A stretch of 64,000 nt of DNA from a virus (lineage: Duplodnaviria > Caudoviricetes), in IMG/VR virus record IMGVR_UViG_3300020360_000085, positions 128,001 to 192,000 of that record, one strand, 5' to 3'. The position numbers were made by a program, and so were the translations under genes. Shown here piece after piece: positions 47,767-55,908 of this stretch. The first letter of the stretch is position 1; the number at the start of each line of letters is the position of its first letter. The notes beneath the pieces were generated by a model. The model did no database searches and was not told where the DNA came from. It saw nothing but the letters and a program-made list of their open reading frames with translations.

Positions 47767-49076
47767 TGTCTAAGGAATACAGTAAAACATTTTGTCCGTA
47801 TCCTTGGATACATGTAATGACACAACCAACTGGTACTATTAGTTGGTGTTGTGTTGCACGAGATAATTTTAAAGACGACCATGGTAAAATGGTAGATCTA
47901 AATCAAGGACATAAAATAGAGGATGTCTGGAATAGCAATCATATGCGTAAAATCCGCCAAGAAATGATCGAGGGAACAGTGGTAAAAGGTTGTGAGCATT
48001 GTTATGATTTAGAAGATATGGGTTTCCCTAGTTATAGAACAAACTATATTAGGGATTGGTTTGAATACAGTGGAAAAGGAGAAGAAATCCATGAACGTAT
48101 AGAACGAAGTATAAGCAATAACTTTAGAGTAGAAGAACCCCCAATGTACTTGGATTTTAGGTTAGGCAATATGTGTAACCTGAAGTGTAGAATGTGCCAA
48201 CCCCAAAATTCAAGTCAAATACAGAAGGAATATAAAAAAATAGAAACGGCTGACCCAAGTGCAGGAAAGTTCATTAAGGACAACTTCACTTGGGGACAGT
48301 TTGCAGATCATATAACACCATGGCAAGATGATCCTGAGTTTCTAAGACAAGTGGAAGAATGGTTACCAGGTGTAAACAAACTTTATTTTACTGGCGGAGA
48401 GCCAACTATTATAGAACGTGTTTATTGGATTATGGAAAAATGCGTAGAAATGGGCATAGCAAAAGATATAGAGTTAGTGTTTAACAGCAACATGACCAAC
48501 ATTCAGAAACGTTTTCTGGACTTGGTAGAGCAGTTTAAAAATGTATTAATGTGCATAAGTGTAGATGCTTATGGACATGAAAACGAATATATTAGAGGTG
48601 CAAGTCATTGGAGTAGAGTTGAGAAAAATTTAAGAACATATTGTGCTAGTGATGTTGTTGGAACTGTACTGTTTAGTCCTGTAATACAAATTTATAATGT
48701 ATTAACAATTACAAAACTACTGGACTTTTGTGAGGAATTAGAATTAGAATATGGAAGAGAAGTATTTGTAACATTTTTAATTTGTGACTACCCTACAAGT
48801 TTAGATTTTAGAAATTGTCCAGAGCAAGTACGTGAAGTTGCCGCAGGTAGACTAGAAATGTGGCTCAAGCAAAGTAAAATTTTAGCAAATAGACCTGAAA
48901 ATGTGCAATCCATAAATGCAACAATAAAGGCACTTAAAGAAAACCGTAAAGAAAATTGGCGACAGGAACTAATCACATTCCAAAAATATACAGAAATGTT
49001 AGATAAGCAAAGAAGTGAAAGTATGCAAGAAGCACTTCCAGAATTATATAATCTAATGTATAACAGTAACAGATAA
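47766..49076 (+). CDS. Radical SAM enzyme with N-terminal SPASM/twitch-like cluster (rSAM8)
   Basis: CNLKCRMC, TGGEPT; CPYPW...WCC...CEHCY. Confidence 0.9.
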   Translation: MSKEYSKTFCPYPWIHVMTQPTGTISWCCVARDNFKDDHGKMVDLNQGHKIEDVWNSNHMRKIRQEMIEGTVVKGCEHCYDLEDMGFPSYRTNYIRDWFEYSGKGEEIHERIERSISNNFRVEEPPMYLDFRLGNMCNLKCRMCQPQNSSQIQKEYKKIETADPSAGKFIKDNFTWGQFADHITPWQDDPEFLRQVEEWLPGVNKLYFTGGEPTIIERVYWIMEKCVEMGIAKDIELVFNSNMTNIQKRFLDLVEQFKNVLMCISVDAYGHENEYIRGASHWSRVEKNLRTYCASDVVGTVLFSPVIQIYNVLTITKLLDFCEELELEYGREVFVTFLICDYPTSLDFRNCPEQVREVAAGRLEMWLKQSKILANRPENVQSINATIKALKENRKENWRQELITFQKYTEMLDKQRSESMQEALPELYNLMYNSNR

Positions 49077-49111
49077 TTACCAAATAAGTGCTGTAAAATA
49101 AAGCATCTTAA

Positions 49112-49118
49112 GTAAATA
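49112..49118 (+). promoter_or_regulatory. Late promoter variant GTAAATA
   Basis: GTAAATA-ttgtt-ATG(49124); no SD in the gap. Confidence 0.5.
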
Positions 49119-49123
49119 TTGTT

Positions 49124-49717
49124 ATGTCAGAGCCTATTGTAATAGACAATTTTTTACCTAAAAATGTTTTAGAAAAGATTGATCATTTTTACAAAACTGC
49201 ATCATTAAAATTATCTATGGGAGAAATAGATGATACACCTACTTTTTTACAATGTTCTATAGGTGTTGAGGAACTTCTAGGTGTATTTGAGTTAGATACT
49301 TATATAGAAAAACATTTAAATAATACATATAAAAATTGTACATTTAAAAATTTAGAAAGATTTTATATCAATATACTTACTAATGCAGAAAAAAATAAAA
49401 TGGTAGGGCATAGGGACATAAATGAGAGCGATTTAACAGAAGATGATTTTTATTTAATTAGTATAATTTTTTTAAATCCAGAAGGAAATAAAGATACAGG
49501 TATTTACATTAACGAAAATTATTATGAGGACGTTTATAACAGAATGATTTTATTTGATGGTACAAATTGGCATAAAGCGGTTGCTCCACAGGACGACTAT
49601 GTAAGAATTACATTTTATGCAAATTTTTCAAATCGTATATCTAAAAATAATGTATTTAGACAATTAAAAAATGCAGATGCATGTTCAAAATATTTTAAAA
49701 ATGTTTATAGGAAATAA
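49124..49717 (+). CDS. 2OG-Fe(II) oxygenase superfamily protein
   Basis: VIDNFL start, HRD (HxD), NRMILFDG..WH (distal His), downstream R in RITF. Confidence 0.8.
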   Translation: MSEPIVIDNFLPKNVLEKIDHFYKTASLKLSMGEIDDTPTFLQCSIGVEELLGVFELDTYIEKHLNNTYKNCTFKNLERFYINILTNAEKNKMVGHRDINESDLTEDDFYLISIIFLNPEGNKDTGIYINENYYEDVYNRMILFDGTNWHKAVAPQDDYVRITFYANFSNRISKNNVFRQLKNADACSKYFKNVYRK

Positions 49718-49718
49718 G

Positions 49719-49904
49719 ATGGAAGAGAGAAATCAGAAACATAAACAACAAGATTTAACAGAACTTAATAGTGATGGTAATCGAGAAAGAGGTAGAGAAG
49801 GTGAAGACTTATCTAATGAAATACAACTTACAAAAGAAGAAGAAGAGCAGTTGAAAAAGAAATTAGAAAAATTAAGACAGCAAGATCCTTTTATATATAG
49901 ATGA
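49719..49904 (+). CDS. Small charged hypothetical protein (61 aa)
   Basis: ATG 49719 right after the oxygenase stop; ATGA overlap with the next gene; E/K/R-rich, ends DPFIYR. Confidence 0.55.
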   Translation: MEERNQKHKQQDLTELNSDGNRERGREGEDLSNEIQLTKEEEEQLKKKLEKLRQQDPFIYR

Positions 49905-51415
49905 GAATTTTAGGATTAAGTTTTGGTTTTCATGATGCAGGTGCTTGTATGCTTGACTTTAAAAACATAGAGTTTGCAAGTCATTCAGAAAGATATACCA
50001 AAGTAAAAAACGATCCATGGATAAATCATGACCTAATAGATGCGGCAATAGAAAATGGAAAGCCTGATATAATAGTTTTACACGAAAAAGCATGGGCAAA
50101 AAGAATTCGTAATTTACTAAATGCAAATTTTAGAGCCCTAAGAGAACCAACTCAAAGACAATGGATTAAAAAATTTTATCCCCAACTGAAAGATATACCT
50201 ATAAAAGATTATTGGCATCATGAAACACATGCGGCCGCAGGTGTATTAAGTAGTAATTTTGATGAGTGTGCTGTAATGGTAATAGATGCTATTGGAGAAT
50301 TTAATACAGCAACAATTTGGCAATGGAAAGATGGTAATTTAAAAAAATTACATAGTGTAAATTTTCCAAGCAGTTTAGGTTTATTTTATAGTGCTGTAAC
50401 AAGTCATGTAGGTCTTAAACCTATGGAAGACGAATATATTTTAATGGGAATGGCCGCATATGGTAAAACAGAAAACTGGAAACCATTATCAAGAAAAATG
50501 GGTAAGAAATTTTTTAAATTTAAACATCCATGGATAAGTCATAGGCAAACAATAGACGGAATTTATAATTTACAAAGAGGACTACCTAAAAACAGTTTTG
50601 TAGGTGTTGATGAATTTGATATGGCCGCGGCCGCACAAAATCAAGTTGAACAAAGGGTAAAAGCATTTGCTCAACATGCCAAAGAAATTACGGGTAGTAA
50701 TAATTTAGTTTACATGGGAGGAGTAGCACTTAATTGTGTAGCCAATAGTAAACTATTTGATATTTTTAAAAATATTTTTATAATGCCTAACCCAGGAGAT
50801 TGTGGGAGCAGTTTAGGTGCGGCCGCACTTGAACTTTACAATCAAACTGGAGAAAAAATAAATTGGAAAACGCCTTACACAGGATACAATATACCTGGAA
50901 AATATCCAATTAAAAAGGCATTAGCAAGTTTAAAGGCGGGGGAACTATTTGGTATAGCAAATGGCAAAGCGGAATTTGGGCCACGTGCATTAGGCAATAG
51001 AAGTTTATGTGCAGATCCTAGAGGACCAGACGTTAAGGATAAAATGAATGTAATTAAAAAACGTCAAAAGTTTAGACCATTCGCACCAATGATATTGGAA
51101 GAACATGTGCATGATTATTTTGAAATGCCAGGTGGCATTACTCATGCACCGTATATGCAATTTGTTGCAAAGTGCAAAAATCCAGAAGAGTTTCCTGCTA
51201 TAATACATGAAGACGGTACAAGCCGTGTTCAAACAGTTCGCAAGGAAGAACATCCTGATTTACACGATCTGCTATCAAAATTTTACAAACAGACAGGTTG
51301 CCCTATGTTACTTAATACAAGTTTAAACATTAAAGGACAGCCAATTGTAAATGATGAAAAAGACGCAGAAGCCTTTGCTCAACATTATGGAGTAAAGGTA
51401 CATGTCAGAGATTGA
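49901..51415 (+). CDS. Carbamoyltransferase (NodU/CmcH/TobZ family)
   Basis: GFHDAG, HHETHAAA, DAIGE, SLGLFY, MGMAAYG, GGVALNC, PGDCG, EFGPRALGNRS, KFRPFAP, LLNTSLN. Confidence 0.92.
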   Translation: MRILGLSFGFHDAGACMLDFKNIEFASHSERYTKVKNDPWINHDLIDAAIENGKPDIIVLHEKAWAKRIRNLLNANFRALREPTQRQWIKKFYPQLKDIPIKDYWHHETHAAAGVLSSNFDECAVMVIDAIGEFNTATIWQWKDGNLKKLHSVNFPSSLGLFYSAVTSHVGLKPMEDEYILMGMAAYGKTENWKPLSRKMGKKFFKFKHPWISHRQTIDGIYNLQRGLPKNSFVGVDEFDMAAAAQNQVEQRVKAFAQHAKEITGSNNLVYMGGVALNCVANSKLFDIFKNIFIMPNPGDCGSSLGAAALELYNQTGEKINWKTPYTGYNIPGKYPIKKALASLKAGELFGIANGKAEFGPRALGNRSLCADPRGPDVKDKMNVIKKRQKFRPFAPMILEEHVHDYFEMPGGITHAPYMQFVAKCKNPEEFPAIIHEDGTSRVQTVRKEEHPDLHDLLSKFYKQTGCPMLLNTSLNIKGQPIVNDEKDAEAFAQHYGVKVHVRD

Positions 51416-51629
51416 TTGGCATAAAATACACAGCAAATTGCAAGGCACATGTACAACATGTGGAGGAGAGTTGCCTAACCATAAGGGTGTATGCCCTGTT
51501 GAAGGCCAGCAACTACTAGCAAGATTAGAACAGATTGACAATAGTGTAAAACATGTAGGCGATATTGCTGAAGACTTGATTAAAAGTTATAAAAAAATGA
51601 AAAGGTCATTTAAAAATAAAAATGTTTGA
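51402..51629 (+). CDS. Small Cys/His protein, possible zinc-binding
   Basis: CTTC..ELPNHKGVC; overlaps both neighbours. Confidence 0.55.
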   Translation: MSEIDWHKIHSKLQGTCTTCGGELPNHKGVCPVEGQQLLARLEQIDNSVKHVGDIAEDLIKSYKKMKRSFKNKNV

Positions 51630-54600
51630 TATATTTTACATAGGAGATAATCCCAAATTAAAAGAACTGTTGCCGTTTGCAAAACAGATAAATGATGTTG
51701 GCGAAATACAATCAAAAACAAGAATGTGTTGGTTAATAGAACCAAATATAGAAATAGTAGATATAGATATTTTTAATTTTAGGCCTGATATGTATGACAT
51801 GAAATATGAACATGTTTGGAAATGGGATTCAAATAATTATGGTGGTATAAGATTACTGCCTAAAACACAAAATGATGGTGTAAAAGAAATCAATAAAATT
51901 GTTTGTAAAAAAAGTTTTGAAATTTTAAATACTAAAACTCCTGCAAAGTATTTTGATAATAATCCTTATGCTACACATGTATGGTGCATAGATAAAGATT
52001 ATAAATTACCTGAAGATATAAATTGGGCACCTGATAATTTTGAACCAGATTTTATACATAGTTTTCATTTAAGAGGTCAATTAGAACATAAGTACCCTGC
52101 AGAAGAAGGCGGCATCAAATTATATCCTAAAGATTGGAAGACAGCAGATACAAAATATCATGGATTTTTAGATGCACAAATAATTTTTCCAGTATTTTAT
52201 GTAAAAGATGTAGAAGATTATTCACAACGCAATATCTTTTTAGATGATTATGTTTGGCTTGTAGATTCTAAATATAAAATAAATGCTAATTCGTTAGATT
52301 GGGTTCCTAATCCTTTTGAGGATAAAATGATACACAGTTTTAGAATGCCTTACCAACTTACAGAAAAATATCCAGACGAAATGGGCGGTATTAGATTAGT
52401 ACCTAAAGATTGGAAGACAGCAGAAACTAAAATACACAAAGATTGTCCTATTGAAGATGAAAATTATGATGTATTTTACACAAACAAAAAGTTTAATGCA
52501 GAAACATTTGAGTATTATGCTAAACGATCTGAAACAGATTGGTTTTGGGTAGTAGATAGAGACTATGATTTTAATGGAAAACTATTATATGTTCCTGCAA
52601 GGCATGAACGTGATTATATACATGTTTTTAAATGGGGACTAGAACATAGATATAGGCCTGAAATAACAGAACTTTGGGACGACAGAGTTTCAGGTATATT
52701 TCTAGTTCATAAAGAGTTTGACTTCACAAAAAGAAAACTGCATACAGATATAGTGCCTGTAAAATACGATATTTTCTTTACTAATGACATAAATGATTAT
52801 GTTACCTATAGTAGAAAAAGCAGAACAGATGCTTTTTGGTTAGTTGATGAAGAACATGTATTAACTGAAAATATAGATTATGTTCCAGAATATAGTGAGC
52901 AAAAGTATATTAATATTTTTAAAATACCTAAGCAATTAGAACACAAATACCCACGAAGTGTTACAAATGTAAGTGATAATCGTTGTGGTGGAATAAAACT
53001 TGTACCTAAAGATTTTAATACAGAAGATGTAAAATATCAAGGTTTACTAACAGATATAGAAATTATAGAATATGAAAAATTTGATAATGAAAAAGAAGGT
53101 AGGTCAAAGAGTAAAAACGATTGGTTTTGGGTTATAGACCCTGATGTAGAAGTTCTTGAGGACTTTAACTTTGACTTTATACCAGATACATGGGACGAAG
53201 GCAAAACTCATGTATGGCAAAAACTAAATCCAGTAACTGGCAGACAGTATGATTATGGTGGTGTTAGTTTATTTCCTAAGGTTGCACAAACAAAAGGAAG
53301 ACCCAAATACATAAGAGAACCAGCATGTACACAAAAAGAATATCCTGTATATAATCTTACTGCTTCTGACTATAAAAACGGCTTACAGAGCATTTACGAG
53401 CGTCTGACAGGGCAAACAAATACAGAAATGTATTGGGTAGTAGATGCTTTTACACGGCTGTCTGAGGACTTTGACTTTAGTTACTATCCTACACAATGGG
53501 ATAAAAATAATGTACATGTATTTGCAAATGAAGATGGAGAATACAGAAATGTACGTTTAGTGCCTAAAAAAACATTTTTAGAAAAACAATTTACAGACAA
53601 GGAAATAGCAAACAATAGTTTTGATAATTTAAAAGAAATGAATACAATAGCAAGTTTAAAACCTAAATGGCCTGTAGTTAAGTTAGATAATTTATCTGCT
53701 AAAGATTTTTACGATAAATTAAAAGATATTAAAGAGCCATTTGTTTGGACCATAGATCCAGATGTAAGAGAAAATTTTAAAGTTTTAAATGAAGGGTATA
53801 TGCCTGAAATTACAAATGTAGATAAAATACATTCTTGGCAAAAACAAAATTCATTAAACAATAAAGTGCATGGATATGGCGGCCTACGACTATGGCCCAC
53901 TAATATAGATTTTAAATCTATAAAATCAGAGCAACTGAAACTCAATAGATTTAAAAATTTACAATATGTAAAAGAAATAGGTTCTATAAGTAAACCATTT
54001 GACGTGGTTTACATAAGTTATCATGAACCATTTGCAGACAAAAATTTTACTAAATTACAGGATCATATTAGAAGCACAGATTCAACACTAAAACTTATAT
54101 GGATAAGAGATGTAAAAGGTATTTTTGAAGCACATAAACAAGGTGCTAATAGAGTACAAAGTAAAATGTTTTGGGTAGTAGATGCAGATGCAGTAATAGA
54201 CCAAGATTTTAAATTTGATTATATACCAGATGTATATGATGAAGAAGTTGTCCATGTTTGGGCGAGTAAAAATCCAATAAATGAACTTGAATATGGATAT
54301 GGAGGCGTAAAACTATTTCCAACAGAAATGGTTCAAAACGCAAACACTTGGGGGATTGATTTCACAACTGGTCTTAGTAATAGATTTAAGTCTATGCCAC
54401 AGGTTAGTTGTGTTACCAAATTTAATACAGATGCATTTAGCACTTGGAGGAGTGCATTTCGTGAATGTGTAAAATTAACACTTAACGAAGATGAGGAAAG
54501 TAAACAGCGATTACAAGCCTGGTTAAACACTAGGGGGAAAGGAAATTATACTAGGTCAGCAGTAAAAGGAGCATTAGAGGGGAACCAATTTGCAGAAGCA

Positions 54601-54675
54601 AATAAAAATAATGTAACTGAATTAAATAAAATAAATGATTATGAGTGGTTAAATGGACAATATAATAAGTCTTAA
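51622..54675 (+). CDS. Repeat protein of nine GT-like modules, the last a full GT-A domain (1017 aa)
   Basis: Nine copies of W-x-(I/V)-(D/E)...P...H...GG(I/V/L)xLxP(K), some degenerate; C-terminal FDVVYISYHEP...VKGIFEAH...FWVVDADA...AFRECVKL is homologous to 32926..33924. Confidence 0.75.
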   Translation: MFDIFYIGDNPKLKELLPFAKQINDVGEIQSKTRMCWLIEPNIEIVDIDIFNFRPDMYDMKYEHVWKWDSNNYGGIRLLPKTQNDGVKEINKIVCKKSFEILNTKTPAKYFDNNPYATHVWCIDKDYKLPEDINWAPDNFEPDFIHSFHLRGQLEHKYPAEEGGIKLYPKDWKTADTKYHGFLDAQIIFPVFYVKDVEDYSQRNIFLDDYVWLVDSKYKINANSLDWVPNPFEDKMIHSFRMPYQLTEKYPDEMGGIRLVPKDWKTAETKIHKDCPIEDENYDVFYTNKKFNAETFEYYAKRSETDWFWVVDRDYDFNGKLLYVPARHERDYIHVFKWGLEHRYRPEITELWDDRVSGIFLVHKEFDFTKRKLHTDIVPVKYDIFFTNDINDYVTYSRKSRTDAFWLVDEEHVLTENIDYVPEYSEQKYINIFKIPKQLEHKYPRSVTNVSDNRCGGIKLVPKDFNTEDVKYQGLLTDIEIIEYEKFDNEKEGRSKSKNDWFWVIDPDVEVLEDFNFDFIPDTWDEGKTHVWQKLNPVTGRQYDYGGVSLFPKVAQTKGRPKYIREPACTQKEYPVYNLTASDYKNGLQSIYERLTGQTNTEMYWVVDAFTRLSEDFDFSYYPTQWDKNNVHVFANEDGEYRNVRLVPKKTFLEKQFTDKEIANNSFDNLKEMNTIASLKPKWPVVKLDNLSAKDFYDKLKDIKEPFVWTIDPDVRENFKVLNEGYMPEITNVDKIHSWQKQNSLNNKVHGYGGLRLWPTNIDFKSIKSEQLKLNRFKNLQYVKEIGSISKPFDVVYISYHEPFADKNFTKLQDHIRSTDSTLKLIWIRDVKGIFEAHKQGANRVQSKMFWVVDADAVIDQDFKFDYIPDVYDEEVVHVWASKNPINELEYGYGGVKLFPTEMVQNANTWGIDFTTGLSNRFKSMPQVSCVTKFNTDAFSTWRSAFRECVKLTLNEDEESKQRLQAWLNTRGKGNYTRSAVKGALEGNQFAEANKNNVTELNKINDYEWLNGQYNKS

Positions 54676-55339
54676 AAGTTGGAAGGAAGTTACAGAATAT
54701 ATAGATAATGGATTCTGGAAACCTACACCTAGTTACTTTGAACACATTGTACAACATAATAGTTATTATCCAAATCATGCTTTTAGCAAAGGACAATTAG
54801 CAAGTAAGAGTTGGCTACTAGAAAAATTACACAAAATTAATTGGAGACATCAACCTAATAGCGATGTAGTGGTAATTTTAGGCAGTTGGATAGGTGCAAT
54901 AGTAGAACCTTTGCATAAAACTTTTGATATTGAAAGAATTTACGGTATAGATTTAGATGCTACAGCAATAGAAAAATCAGAAAAGTTAAATCAAAAGTTT
55001 GTTCAAGACAATTGGAAATATAAAGGTGTTGTACATGACGTTGACTTAATAGAGTGTGATAATATGCAATTTCAAACAGGTGGAGAACTTATAAATTGTA
55101 AACCAAACTGGATTATTAATACAAGTTGTGAACACATGAGCACACTTTGGTATGATACAGTTGATAGCAATCAACTAATTGTAATGCAAACAAATAATTC
55201 TAAAGAATTTGACGGTCATATTAATCCATGTTATACTCTCGATGAAATGCAGGAAAAATATCCTTTAAAAGAAACACTATTTATTGGTGCTTTAGAAACT
55301 CCTGCTTACACAAGATTTATGCAAATAGGCTACAAATAA
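54653..55339 (+). CDS. Class I SAM-dependent methyltransferase-like protein
   Basis: VVILGSWIG (motif I variant), IYGIDLD, INTSCEHM. Confidence 0.7.
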   Translation: MDNIISLKSWKEVTEYIDNGFWKPTPSYFEHIVQHNSYYPNHAFSKGQLASKSWLLEKLHKINWRHQPNSDVVVILGSWIGAIVEPLHKTFDIERIYGIDLDATAIEKSEKLNQKFVQDNWKYKGVVHDVDLIECDNMQFQTGGELINCKPNWIINTSCEHMSTLWYDTVDSNQLIVMQTNNSKEFDGHINPCYTLDEMQEKYPLKETLFIGALETPAYTRFMQIGYK

Positions 55340-55908
55340 TGAAAACAAAAGTTATAAATTTTTATGGCGGTCCTGGATCAGGAAAAAGTACTAAAGCCGC
55401 AGGACTATATTACAAAATGAATATGGCTGGATTTAGTGTAGAATTAAATAATGAGTTTGCAAAAGAATGCGTATGGGAAGACAATGTTCCTATGTTAAAG
55501 GACCAATTGTTTATGTTAGCACATCAGCACAGAAAAATTTTAAGATTAGTTGATAAAGTAGAATATGTAATTACAGATTCTCCTGTAATGTTAAGTGGAA
55601 TATATAGAGAGTTGTATAATGGTCCTTTATATAGTGATCTAATAGATAAGTTAGCAAGAGAATGCTATGACAAATATGAAAACATAAATTTTATGTTAGA
55701 CAGACCTAAAAAAATATTTAATCAAAAGGGGAGAGCACAAAACGAACAGGGTAGTATTAATATAGATAATGCAATAATAGAAATGTTTAAAACCGAAAAA
55801 CTTCCGTTTTTTTGGTTAAAAGGTCTAGAAGAAGAGGCTGTAGATATTGCTTTTAAATATATTGCTAAAAAAGGTTCTAAAGAACAATGGGAAAAATATT
55901 TATTTTAA
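55339..55908 (+). CDS. P-loop NTPase/kinase (NadR/AAA_28-like)
   Basis: VINFYGGPGSGKST Walker A; ITDSP; GRAQ lid-like motif. Confidence 0.75.
   Translation: MKTKVINFYGGPGSGKSTKAAGLYYKMNMAGFSVELNNEFAKECVWEDNVPMLKDQLFMLAHQHRKILRLVDKVEYVITDSPVMLSGIYRELYNGPLYSDLIDKLARECYDKYENINFMLDRPKKIFNQKGRAQNEQGSINIDNAIIEMFKTEKLPFFWLKGLEEEAVDIAFKYIAKKGSKEQWEKYLF

Noticed and set aside
34631-49076. Interpreting the radical SAM genes as moaA, pqqE, viperin-like or queuosine/7-deazaguanine (QueE) genes
   Set aside because: No partner genes (moaC, pqqA-D, queC/queD/folE, dpdA) are in the window, and the N-terminal Cys-cluster architecture and 400-550 aa size do not fit those families.
49719-51629. Small ORFs (61 aa and 75 aa) as RiPP precursor peptides for the radical SAM enzymes
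   Set aside because: No leader/core structure, repeated cores, peptidase, transporter or RRE domain seen; the surrounding enzymes point to sugar chemistry. Unlikely but not disproven.
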